The notes below the pieces were generated by a model, which saw only the letters and a list, made by a program, of their open reading frames with translations, was not told the origin of the DNA and did not search any database. Position numbers and translations under genes: made by a program. Positions 55,455-64,000 of a DNA stretch of 64,000 nucleotides are shown here, in pieces (the stretch's first letter is position 1; each line of letters opens with the position of its first letter). The DNA comes from Candidatus Nanoarchaeia archaeon (GTDB lineage: Archaea; Nanobdellota; Nanobdellia; SCGC-AAA011-G17; JAFCDX01). Location of the stretch: the NCBI GenBank assembly GCA_028716945.1, contig JAQUOT010000001.1, positions 402,471 through 466,470 of the forward strand, written 5' to 3'.

Positions 55455-56818
55455 TAGAATTTTAATTTACCTTTGAATTGCTTCATCATTTTTTGCATGT
55501 CTTTTTCTGAAGCACCAGTTTTTCCTTTCATTAACTTCATCATTTTCTTAGATTGTTTGTATTGTTTTAATAATTCTCTTACTTCTCCTGTTGTACATCC
55601 AGAACCTTTTGCAATTCTTTCTATTCTTGAATTATCCAATATTTCTGGATCTTCAAGCTCTTCTTTAGTGCAGCTCTGCATAATATATTTCCATTTTTTT
55701 AATTTTTCTTCCTGATTTTTTATCATATCTGCAGGCAATTTTTCTTTTATTCCAGAAAATCCAGGAATCAGGTCCATTATCTTGCTTAAAGGACCCATTT
55801 TTGACATTGCACTCATTTGCTCATATAAATCAATGAAATTAAATTCTCCTTTTAACATTCTTTTTCCTAAATCTTCTGCTTGTTCTTTAGAAATTACTTC
55901 CTGAGTTTTTTGCAATAGTGCTTCTAAGTCTCCCATACCCAATAATCTAGAGACAAATCCTTTTGGATTGAACTCTTCAAGATCATCCATCTTTTCTCCA
56001 ACACCAATGAATTTTATTTTTGCTTTTGTTGCAGAACATGCTGTTAAAGAACCACCTGCTTTTGCAGTTCCATCCATTTTAGTTACAATTACTCCAGTAA
56101 CACTGCAAGCTTTATGGAATTCCTCTGCTTGTTTTTGTGCTGCTTGTCCTATATCTGCAGAAATAACCAATAAATTTTCATTAGGTTTTATTGTTTTGTT
56201 TAAATCATTCAATTCTTTTATTAAATCTTTGGATAATGCATCACGACCAGCAGTATCAATTAATAAAATATCATATTTTGAATATTCTTTTTCAAATTTT
56301 TTATAAATTTTTACAGGCTTTTTTTCTTTTTTCTCTGAGAAGCATTTTATATCTGCGGTTTTTGAAATTTGTTCTAGTTGATCTACTGCAGCAGGTCTAT
56401 GTACATCTAAAGCTAATGAAGCAACTTTAAATCCACGTTTAGAATAATATTTTGCAACCTTTCCAATTGTTGTAGTTTTACCAGAACCAAATAAACCAAC
56501 AAACATTATTTTGAAAGGTTTTGTTTTTCCTATTTTTATCTCTTGTTTTTCTTCACCTAAGAATTTAACTAACTCTTCATAAACAATTCTTACTAAATAT
56601 TCTTTTTGAGTTATACCTGCAGGAGGTTTTTCTTTTAAAGCACGTTCTTTTATATCTTTGGTTAAATTGAATACTAAAGAAACATTAACATCTGCATGTA
56701 ATAAACTTCTTTGCAAGTCTTTTATTAGCTCATCTATTAATTTTTCATCAACAAACATAGCTCTTGCTATCTTTTTTAAGGAATTCTTCAACGAACTTGA
56801 TAAATTTTCTAATACCAT
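55454..56818 (-). CDS. srp54: Signal recognition particle protein SRP54
   Basis: GSGKTT, DTAGR, TKMDG, M domain with RIAKGSG. Confidence 0.96.
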   Translation of the reverse strand: MVLENLSSSLKNSLKKIARAMFVDEKLIDELIKDLQRSLLHADVNVSLVFNLTKDIKERALKEKPPAGITQKEYLVRIVYEELVKFLGEEKQEIKIGKTKPFKIMFVGLFGSGKTTTIGKVAKYYSKRGFKVASLALDVHRPAAVDQLEQISKTADIKCFSEKKEKKPVKIYKKFEKEYSKYDILLIDTAGRDALSKDLIKELNDLNKTIKPNENLLVISADIGQAAQKQAEEFHKACSVTGVIVTKMDGTAKAGGSLTACSATKAKIKFIGVGEKMDDLEEFNPKGFVSRLLGMGDLEALLQKTQEVISKEQAEDLGKRMLKGEFNFIDLYEQMSAMSKMGPLSKIMDLIPGFSGIKEKLPADMIKNQEEKLKKWKYIMQSCTKEELEDPEILDNSRIERIAKGSGCTTGEVRELLKQYKQSKKMMKLMKGKTGASEKDMQKMMKQFKGKLKF

Positions 56819-56891
56819 ATTATTCTATAGAAATAAGGGTTTATAAATATTATCTGAAAACCTTTATATATCCCCCTTTCTTATTATCGCT

Positions 56892-57581
56892 ATGAAGCGA
56901 GTTAAAAAGAGAACAAGGTTTTTTGTTATAAACTTTGATGTTTTAGACAAATCGGTAACAAAGTTATTTAAACCAATAAAAACTGCTGAAAATAAATATT
57001 TTAGAATTTTCAAAATTAAGCCAAAATCTTTTAATATAATATTAGTCTATTCCAGAAAAGAATTTGATAAATATGTAGGATTTAAGACTGAAAATTGGGT
57101 TGATGGATATGTTAAATTGGACAGTTTAATTATGTTTTCTCCTTCTGTTAAGGATAATTATTTGCAAAGAAATGTTCCTATGAGTTATAAATCTTTTTTT
57201 GACCACGAAATTAATCACTTCTTTTATATTTCTTTAGTTGGAAGTTATAGCCCTGTTTGGTTGGGGGAGGGTTATGCATGTTATATGTCAGATTCTATGC
57301 CTTCTCCATTAGAAAAAGATAGATTTAGACAAATCAAAAATCCACAAAAATTTTTATTTTATAAATATATAAAAAAGAGTTATTTTAGATATGCTAATGA
57401 ATTTTATTCAATAAGCTTTTATGTAGTAACATATCTGATTGAAAATTACGGTCATAACAAAATTTTAAAGTTGATAAAGAGGTTTGCTAAAAAACCTAAT
57501 AAAAATTCATTTGATAAAGAATTTAAACAAATATATGGTATAACAACTAAAGAAGCTGTTAAAAATTCAATTTCTAATTAA
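56892..57581 (+). CDS. Peptidase MA-like zinc-dependent protein
   Basis: HEINH and PVWLGEG motifs. Confidence 0.72.
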   Translation: MKRVKKRTRFFVINFDVLDKSVTKLFKPIKTAENKYFRIFKIKPKSFNIILVYSRKEFDKYVGFKTENWVDGYVKLDSLIMFSPSVKDNYLQRNVPMSYKSFFDHEINHFFYISLVGSYSPVWLGEGYACYMSDSMPSPLEKDRFRQIKNPQKFLFYKYIKKSYFRYANEFYSISFYVVTYLIENYGHNKILKLIKRFAKKPNKNSFDKEFKQIYGITTKEAVKNSISN

Positions 57582-58084
57582 GCCCATTGACATTTATTAT
57601 CAAGGCATTTACAGGTTAAATCATAGGTTTTAGCTTCGTAACAAGGTTTGTATTCACAAGTAGTTGCTGTAGGAACTTCATTTGTTGATTGGCATATTTG
57701 ATTAGAACATCCAGAAGCAACACATTCGTTATCTGATTTACAAGTACTATTTTTAGAAGTTCCACAAAAAGTTTCTGAACAGGTTTCATTGCAGTTTATT
57801 ACAGAACCATCAGGACATTGTTGTTTACATACCTCTGGTTTAATATTGGGATATCCCGGACTACATTCTCCCCTATAATATTCCCATTCATCACATCTTG
57901 TTGAATCTTTAAAATTACAATATCCTTTTTGTCCTTGTTCGGTTTCTTCAATTGTTAAAGTTCCATTGTTTTGTTCACAATAAACAGAAGCAGGGTTTGC
58001 CATTTGTGTATTATCTTGTTCTTTAGCACATCCACTTATTAAAAATATACAAATTAAAATTCCTATAATATATTTTGTTTTCAT
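57578..58084 (-). CDS. DUF333 lipoprotein with C-terminal eight-cysteine cluster
   Basis: Lipobox ISGC, MANPASVYC, C..D.EC..SGCS.QIC...TTCE. Confidence 0.8.
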   Translation of the reverse strand: MKTKYIIGILICIFLISGCAKEQDNTQMANPASVYCEQNNGTLTIEETEQGQKGYCNFKDSTRCDEWEYYRGECSPGYPNIKPEVCKQQCPDGSVINCNETCSETFCGTSKNSTCKSDNECVASGCSNQICQSTNEVPTATTCEYKPCYEAKTYDLTCKCLDNKCQWA

Positions 58085-58398
58085 TTTTGGGTTATTTCGC
58101 ATTTATTTGCTATACATTTTAATATATAATCTTTTGGATATTCACATGCTTGACATTCTATTCTACTGCAATCTTTTGTTAAAATAGTACTATAATCTTC
58201 AGTAAGATCAAAAACAATTAAATTACTGTTGGATTGCATTTCCTGTTTTGATACAACTTTAGGACAATTGCAGCATTCTTCTTTATTTATACTTAAAATA
58301 CAATCAGAATCTTGTGTACATTTAATATTTTCTGTAGTCTTATTACAAGCACTCATTAAAAATACACTCAATATTAAAATTATAATTATTTTTTTCAT
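58081..58398 (-). CDS. Cys-rich lipoprotein
   Basis: Lipobox MSAC, CTQDSDC, CCNC, C..NKC. Confidence 0.75.
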   Translation of the reverse strand: MKKIIIILILSVFLMSACNKTTENIKCTQDSDCILSINKEECCNCPKVVSKQEMQSNSNLIVFDLTEDYSTILTKDCSRIECQACEYPKDYILKCIANKCEITQK

Positions 58399-58456
58399 AT
58401 TCCTTAAAATAAGAAGTAATATATAAATCTAATTAAAGCTTCAATTTGAATAGAAG

Positions 58457-59539
58457 TTATATTCCCAATTTATCTAAAATCTCTTTGGAATCAAATTTCT
58501 TTAAATCATCAAGTTCTTGACCCATTCCTAAGTATAAAATTGGTTTTTGTGTTACAAAAGATATAGAAATCATTGCTCCACCTTTTTCATCTACGTCTGC
58601 TTTTGTTAAAATAACTCCATCTAATCCAATAGATTCATCAAAATTCTTTGCTTGTTCTACACAATCATTTCCTACAATGCTTTCTGCAATTAAAATTTTC
58701 ATATCCGGTTTTGCAACTCTTATTATTTTCTCCATTTCTTGCATTAAATTTACATTTCCATGTTGTCTTCCTGCTGTATCAATTAAAACAACATCTATTC
58801 CTTTAGCTTCTGCATGTTTAATACCATCAAAAGCAACTGCTGCAGGATCAGAACCATAATTATTTGCAATAACATTTACTTTTAATTTTTCAGCCCAATT
58901 TTTTAATTGTTCTATAGAAGCAGCTCTCCAGGTATCTCCTGCTACTAAAACACAAGATAGATTATGTTTTTTTAGTAAATGAGCAACTTTAGCAATTGTA
59001 GTAGTTTTACCCGAGCCATTTACTCCTACAAATACTATAACAAAAGGTTTTTTTGTTTTAACTTTTTGAATTAAATCTATTTCAGGAACTTTAAATAAAT
59101 TTTCTATAGAATTTTTTAGACTCTCTCTAACTATCTTATCAATTTTTCCTCTTTCTATAGGTTGTTCAACTAAATCTTTTTTCAAATCGTGCTTTATTTT
59201 TTCTATGACTTCAACAGCAACATTATTTTCAAGCAATATCACTTCTAGCTCCCAGAATAGCTCTTCAAATTGTGCTTCATCAATGTGACTAGTAGTTACT
59301 TTTTCTTTTAATCTTGCAAAAAAGCCTTTTTTTTCTTTAACTTCTTCAATAGGCTCTTCAGTTTTAATTTCTTCTTTTATAATAGGTTTAGAAACTTCTT
59401 TTTTTTCTTTCTTTCTCTTTTCTTTTTTTGGTTTTTCTATAATTACTTCTTCTATGTCTTCTTTTTCTTCAACTTTTTTAAGCTTATCTGAGATAGATGA
59501 AATTGCTTTCTTTAACTTATCTTTAAATAGTCCAAACAT
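58457..59539 (-). CDS. ftsY: SRP receptor FtsY
   Basis: GVNGSGKTT, DTAGR, TKADVD, LGMGQ. Confidence 0.96.
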   Translation of the reverse strand: MFGLFKDKLKKAISSISDKLKKVEEKEDIEEVIIEKPKKEKRKKEKKEVSKPIIKEEIKTEEPIEEVKEKKGFFARLKEKVTTSHIDEAQFEELFWELEVILLENNVAVEVIEKIKHDLKKDLVEQPIERGKIDKIVRESLKNSIENLFKVPEIDLIQKVKTKKPFVIVFVGVNGSGKTTTIAKVAHLLKKHNLSCVLVAGDTWRAASIEQLKNWAEKLKVNVIANNYGSDPAAVAFDGIKHAEAKGIDVVLIDTAGRQHGNVNLMQEMEKIIRVAKPDMKILIAESIVGNDCVEQAKNFDESIGLDGVILTKADVDEKGGAMISISFVTQKPILYLGMGQELDDLKKFDSKEILDKLGI

Positions 59540-59576
59540 ATTAACTCTTTAGAATTTAGATATATAAAGGTTTTCT

Positions 59577-60368
59577 TTAAACACTTTCCATTAGCTTTTG
59601 GGCGTCTTTTAAGTTGTTTTTCTTTAATAATTTATGAATTCTATTACAAATTTCTTCTGGGGTTTGTTCTACAATTACTGTTTTTTTAATTTTTGCTTTT
59701 AGCTTAAGTACTTCTTTATATTCTGGTTTTATGAATTCTGTTGAATGTTTTTCGAATAAATAATGTTTAACTTGCGCTTTGTTTGCTTCTTTACCTTCTG
59801 CTAATCTCAATTCATCTTTTAATCTCTGTAACTTATTAAATAAAAATATTTTTTTTCTGTGGAAAGAAACTTTTCTATATAAATCTTCTAGTTTGTTTAT
59901 TTCTGCTCTTGCTTTAGTAAAATCTTTTCTTTTTATTAATATATGAAAGTTAATATGTCTTGAATTAAATTGTAAATTTTCATGTAATTCATCACTTTTT
60001 TTCCTTAGATAATCTAATTGTTCTGTTGCAAAATCTATTAAATTTTGTTTATTTGGAATGTTTTCATTTATGTATTTTATAACCATTTCTATGTCTTCTA
60101 TTAATTCAGGAACTCTTGCTAATTTATTTTCTGAAACTAATATGTGTAATTCTTTTACTTTCATATAAAGAATTAGTTCTCTGTTGATATCTTCTAAAAT
60201 CTGTCGTAATTCATTTGTTTTTAAAGAAGCAGGTATAGCATCAAAAACTTCATTTGCTTTAGCATAGTAAAAAATAGCATCTTCATATCTGGCTTTGTCT
60301 ATTAATTTATCAATCTCTTTTGTTAATTCCCCAAACTTTTTTACTCTATTTTTTGACCTTGAGAACAT
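59577..60368 (-). CDS. Hypothetical helical protein
   Basis: 263-aa ORF, helical repeat-like. Confidence 0.65.
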   Translation of the reverse strand: MFSRSKNRVKKFGELTKEIDKLIDKARYEDAIFYYAKANEVFDAIPASLKTNELRQILEDINRELILYMKVKELHILVSENKLARVPELIEDIEMVIKYINENIPNKQNLIDFATEQLDYLRKKSDELHENLQFNSRHINFHILIKRKDFTKARAEINKLEDLYRKVSFHRKKIFLFNKLQRLKDELRLAEGKEANKAQVKHYLFEKHSTEFIKPEYKEVLKLKAKIKKTVIVEQTPEEICNRIHKLLKKNNLKDAQKLMESV

Positions 60369-60403
60369 ATATATTATAGAATAATCTTGGTTTATATAGC
60401 TTT

Positions 60404-61054
60404 TTATTTAATTTCGTATTCAAAATAATCATCCCAAGGATTTTCAAGTTTTATCATCTCTTTTACAGATAATTTTTCAAAATATCTTCTAAAAGGACGC
60501 ATAGAATTTCCGTGTGCAGAAATTGCAACATTCACTTTATTTTTTTTAATGAAAATAATTAAATCTTTTATAAAAGAATTTACTCTTTTTTCCACGTCTT
60601 TTATCGATTCTCCTTTTGGAGGTCTAATATCATAACTTCTATGATACTGATCAAACAATCCTTTTCCATATTTTTCTATAAAACTTTTATGACTAATTCC
60701 TTGTAAATTTCCATAAGATCTTTCCCTCATTCTATCATCTTGTATAACCAAGAAACATTCTTTATGAAATTTTAATACTTCTTTCAAAGTATCTTTAGAT
60801 CTAGATAAACTAGTACAAAAAGCAACATCTATTTCTTTATTTTTTAATTTATTTCCTACTTTTTTAGCTTCAAAAATTCCATTCTTAGTTAGTTTAGAAT
60901 CTTTCCAGCCAGTAAAAATCTTTTTTTCATTATAAACTGTTCTTCCGTGTCTGAAGATATAAATTTTACAATTTTTTTTAGGTTTGAATTTAGAATATCT
61001 TTCTTTATTATTATAAATAATCTTCTTAAAATTGTTAAGATACACCTCTTTCAT
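60404..61054 (-). CDS. gpmA: Histidine phosphatase family protein, 2,3-BPG-dependent phosphoglycerate mutase-like
   Basis: RHG, FTGW.D, ERSYGNLQG, AHGNSMR. Confidence 0.82.
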   Translation of the reverse strand: MKEVYLNNFKKIIYNNKERYSKFKPKKNCKIYIFRHGRTVYNEKKIFTGWKDSKLTKNGIFEAKKVGNKLKNKEIDVAFCTSLSRSKDTLKEVLKFHKECFLVIQDDRMRERSYGNLQGISHKSFIEKYGKGLFDQYHRSYDIRPPKGESIKDVEKRVNSFIKDLIIFIKKNKVNVAISAHGNSMRPFRRYFEKLSVKEMIKLENPWDDYFEYEIK

Positions 61055-61087
61055 ATTTTTTAATAGATTTATACTAATTTAAACGTT

Positions 61088-61564
61088 TTGGTTGATTCTT
61101 TAGAAAGAGTTATATACCCCCCAATGTCGGAATTTTATATGGTATATGACTTTTTTAAACTAGTAAAAAAACAATTTCCAGGAGAGAAAGGCTATAAAAT
61201 TGCTTGTTATAAACATGAGAGATACAAGTATGAACAGATTACTCTTTCAAGAGAAGATAAACCTCTTAGACCTCTTAAAATAGAAGAACTTCAAGAAATA
61301 GCTGAACATTCTCTTGGAAACTTAGAAGAAATATTTATTGCATGTAATCCAAATAAATCTCTTAAGGGAGTAAACAAAAAAGATATAGTTATTCTTCCAG
61401 GCAGTCTTAAATTTGGACAAAATCATTTCTTCTCAATTAACCCTTCAGGAAATCCAGTTTTAATTAATTTGGGTGGAAACATTGCCATATCTGATTCTAA
61501 AACAGATAAATATATCAAATTTTTATATAATTATTATACTTGGTTATATCCTAATTTTAAATAA
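61088..61564 (+). CDS. Hypothetical protein
   Basis: 158-aa ORF; start uncertain. Confidence 0.55.
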   Translation: MVDSLERVIYPPMSEFYMVYDFFKLVKKQFPGEKGYKIACYKHERYKYEQITLSREDKPLRPLKIEELQEIAEHSLGNLEEIFIACNPNKSLKGVNKKDIVILPGSLKFGQNHFFSINPSGNPVLINLGGNIAISDSKTDKYIKFLYNYYTWLYPNFK

Positions 61565-61604
61565 ATTAAGGTAGTTTTATATATTTATTTTACTTATATA
61601 TATT

Positions 61605-62009
61605 ATGGGACAAAGAAGCGTTGCTATAATAATATTTTATGATTCTGAAAATAGAATTCTTATGCAAAGCAGAAAAAATATAAGTAAACATGGTGAAGAA
61701 TGGGGATTCTTTGGAGGAGGAATAGAACTAGGAGAAACCCCAGAACAAGCATTAAAACGAGAAATAAAAGAAGAATTAACTTATGATATAAAAGAATTTA
61801 AATTTTTTAAGAAATACGGACCAACGATATATGGAGATATGAAAATAACTTATTTTGTATTTTTATCAAAATTACCTTTAATTTCTAAATTTAAACAGGT
61901 CGAAGGGGATTCAATGAAGCTTTTTACAGTTAAAGAAACAAAAGAATTGAAGTTGGTTTCAGGGGATTACCCTATCTTGGACGATTTAGAAGAATTCTTT
62001 AAAAGATAA
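61605..62009 (+). CDS. NUDIX hydrolase
   Basis: GGGIELGETPEQALKREIKEEL Nudix box. Confidence 0.92.
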   Translation: MGQRSVAIIIFYDSENRILMQSRKNISKHGEEWGFFGGGIELGETPEQALKREIKEELTYDIKEFKFFKKYGPTIYGDMKITYFVFLSKLPLISKFKQVEGDSMKLFTVKETKELKLVSGDYPILDDLEEFFKR

Positions 62010-62063
62010 TATATCCATTAAAAAACATAAAACTATTTAAACAAATTTTTTATTAAAATAGAC

Positions 62064-62714
62064 ATGGAAAGTCTAGAAGAAGTAAAAGAATTGATTACCT
62101 ATGAATCTTTGTATGAAACTCTAAGAAAAGAGAAAATTAATCCAGAATTACAAGAATTAAACCCTATATTTTTCAAACAAGTTCAAATGTATGTAAAAGA
62201 TAAAGAAGCTATTTTAAAATCTCAGGAAGGAAAAGATAGTGTATTTTCTAGCGTAGAAGCTCAAAAAACAAGAAAACAGATTGAAAATTCTCAGAAGATA
62301 ATGATAGAATTATATGAAAGAAGAGAAAGCAAAATAATACAACTAGCAATGTTTCATTCAAGAACAAATTCACCAAATGAATTTAATAATATGTTGCCTG
62401 AAGAAATGGAATTATACAAAAGGGTATCTAATGAATTGAATGCTTTTAGAGGAAGCATTTTAAACACTTTATTAACCGGTAATTTGCCCAGTTTACCCCT
62501 ATCTACTGAAACAAAAGACTTAAAAATCCCTGAAAACCAAGAAAATACACAGAATACAAGCTTAAAACTGGTAAAGTTTTTAAATGCTGTTCCAAAATTC
62601 GTGGGTGATGACTTAAAGGTTTACGGACCTTTTGAGGAAGAGGATATGGCAAACTTACCAATAAAAGTAGCAAATGTATTACTAGAAAATCAAAGAGTTG
62701 AATTAATACAATGA
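62064..62714 (+). CDS. DNA replication complex GINS subunit (Gins51-like)
   Basis: RRESKII, VPKFVGDDLKVYGPF..ED; upstream of rpl44e. Confidence 0.85.
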   Translation: MESLEEVKELITYESLYETLRKEKINPELQELNPIFFKQVQMYVKDKEAILKSQEGKDSVFSSVEAQKTRKQIENSQKIMIELYERRESKIIQLAMFHSRTNSPNEFNNMLPEEMELYKRVSNELNAFRGSILNTLLTGNLPSLPLSTETKDLKIPENQENTQNTSLKLVKFLNAVPKFVGDDLKVYGPFEEEDMANLPIKVANVLLENQRVELIQ

Positions 62715-63022
62715 AATTTCCAAAAGCAATAAAAAGATATTGTCCAAAGTGTAATAAAACTACAAATCAAAAAGTATCTCAAGTTAAATCAGGAAAGAAA
62801 AGAAGCTCCTTAAAAAAAGGTTCCTTACAAAGAGGACATAAAAGAGGAAGAGGAAGAGGTTATGGTAATATGGGAAGGTGGGGTTCAAAACCAACCAAAG
62901 CAAAGAGAATGGGAGCAAAACAAGGAAAGAACGTTAATTTAAAATATCAATGCACTGTTTGCAATAAAAGTTCTGTTGCAACAATAGGGAGAGCAAAGAA
63001 ATTCGAATTAAAACAAGGTTAA
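62711..63022 (+). CDS. rpl44e: 50S ribosomal protein L44e
   Basis: MKFPK...YCPKC, C-terminal CTVC. Confidence 0.9.
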   Translation: MKFPKAIKRYCPKCNKTTNQKVSQVKSGKKRSSLKKGSLQRGHKRGRGRGYGNMGRWGSKPTKAKRMGAKQGKNVNLKYQCTVCNKSSVATIGRAKKFELKQG

Positions 63023-63023
63023 A

Positions 63024-63263
63024 ATGACAGAACAAGAAATATATAATATGGGATGGGGTTTACCTAATGAATTTGCAAACTTATATTATGACTTTTTAAA
63101 AGAATATAATAAGGAAATGCAAAGACAAATGACTGAAAAAGCAATTAAAAAATTAGGAGGACTTGAAGTAAAACTTCCAAGTCAATCATCTAACCCTATA
63201 AATTTTAAACAACTAAAGTATATTGCTTTTCTTCCAAGAAGAAATTGTAATGGGCATTGTTAA
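63024..63263 (+). CDS. Hypothetical protein inserted between rpl44e and rps27e
   Basis: 79-aa ORF with 1-nt spacers on both sides. Confidence 0.5.
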   Translation: MTEQEIYNMGWGLPNEFANLYYDFLKEYNKEMQRQMTEKAIKKLGGLEVKLPSQSSNPINFKQLKYIAFLPRRNCNGHC

Positions 63264-63264
63264 A

Positions 63265-63453
63265 ATGAGAAAACTAATAGAATCAGAATCAAAATTTGTA
63301 AAAGTTCGTTGTAATAAATGCAAGAACGAACAAATTATATTTGGGAAAACTGCAACAAGAATAGATTGCTTAGTTTGTAATACTCCTTTGGCAGAACCTA
63401 CTGGGGGTAAGAGTAAAATAAAAGCCAAGGTTCTGGAGATCTTAGGCAATTAA
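63265..63453 (+). CDS. rps27e: 30S ribosomal protein S27e
   Basis: SKFVKVRCNKCKNEQIIF, CLVC...PTGGK. Confidence 0.95.
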   Translation: MRKLIESESKFVKVRCNKCKNEQIIFGKTATRIDCLVCNTPLAEPTGGKSKIKAKVLEILGN

Positions 63454-63454
63454 A

Positions 63455-64000
63455 ATGTTTTATCATAAGAAAGGATTACCTGAATCAGGGGAAATAGTTC
63501 TTTGTACTGTTAAAAAAGTAGGATCTCATTCTGTTTTTGTAACCTTAGATGAATATCATGATAATCTTGAAGGATTGATTAATTTGCCAGAAATTGCTCC
63601 TGGAAGAATAAGAAATGTTAGAGATTATGTATCAGAAGGAAAAGTTGTTGTTTGTAAGGTTCTTGACGCAAGAGATAAATTCCATATTATATTATCTTTA
63701 AGAAGAGTTACTTTAAATGTTAAATTAAACAAACAATCCGATTATAAACAAGCAATAAAAGCAGAAAAAATGCTTGAGATTGTAGGTAAAGAATTTAAAT
63801 TAACAATAGAAGATATGTATAATAAATTTGGTTATAAAGCAATAGAACAATTTGGTTCTGTAAATTCATTTTTTCAAGAAGTTTTAACTAACAAAAAATT
63901 ATTAGATGATTTTAATTTAAATCCAGATTTAACTAAAAAATTATTTTCTCTAATTCAAGATAAATATACAATTCCTGAAGTAGAAGTAAAAGGAACCTTA
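63455..64000 (+). CDS. eif2a: Translation initiation factor aIF-2 alpha (3' end outside the window)
   Basis: MFYHKKGLPESGEIVLCTVKKV...EIAPGRIRNVRDYV..GKVVVCKVL...LSLRRV; follows rps27e. Confidence 0.93.
   Translation, partial: MFYHKKGLPESGEIVLCTVKKVGSHSVFVTLDEYHDNLEGLINLPEIAPGRIRNVRDYVSEGKVVVCKVLDARDKFHIILSLRRVTLNVKLNKQSDYKQAIKAEKMLEIVGKEFKLTIEDMYNKFGYKAIEQFGSVNSFFQEVLTNKKLLDDFNLNPDLTKKLFSLIQDKYTIPEVEVKGTL

Overview
AT-rich, gene-dense chromosome segment of a DPANN archaeon, most likely Woesearchaeota/Pacearchaeota-like (pacearchaeosortase next to an S-layer-like gene, archaeal ribosomal proteins, histone, TFE, Orc1/Cdc6, FtsZ/SepF, SRP54/FtsY, four aminoacyl-tRNA synthetases, split ADP-forming acetate-CoA ligase). 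The main surprises are in the five tRNA genes, four of which have introns. tRNA-Arg(UCU) has a canonical 15-nt intron and a 598-nt D-loop bulge-helix-bulge intron encoding a frameshifted single-motif LAGLIDADG endonuclease. On the excised circular intron that ORF gains its stop codon across the junction, and the insertion site is at the exact centre of a 22-bp pseudo-palindrome. There is also a tRNA-Pro with an A34 anticodon (AGG) supported by intron pairing, and a tRNA-Arg(UCG) with C33. Other notable items: LeuRS and AlaRS with inserted enzyme domains, a radical SAM/SPASM gene coupled to a tandem-repeat partner with a premature stop, a lytic transglycosylase, an apparent ATT start for acdA, and several unannotated small ORFs with strong SD sites. 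No CRISPR array, rRNA gene or IS element was seen. All calls come from reading the sequence by eye; no database searches were run.
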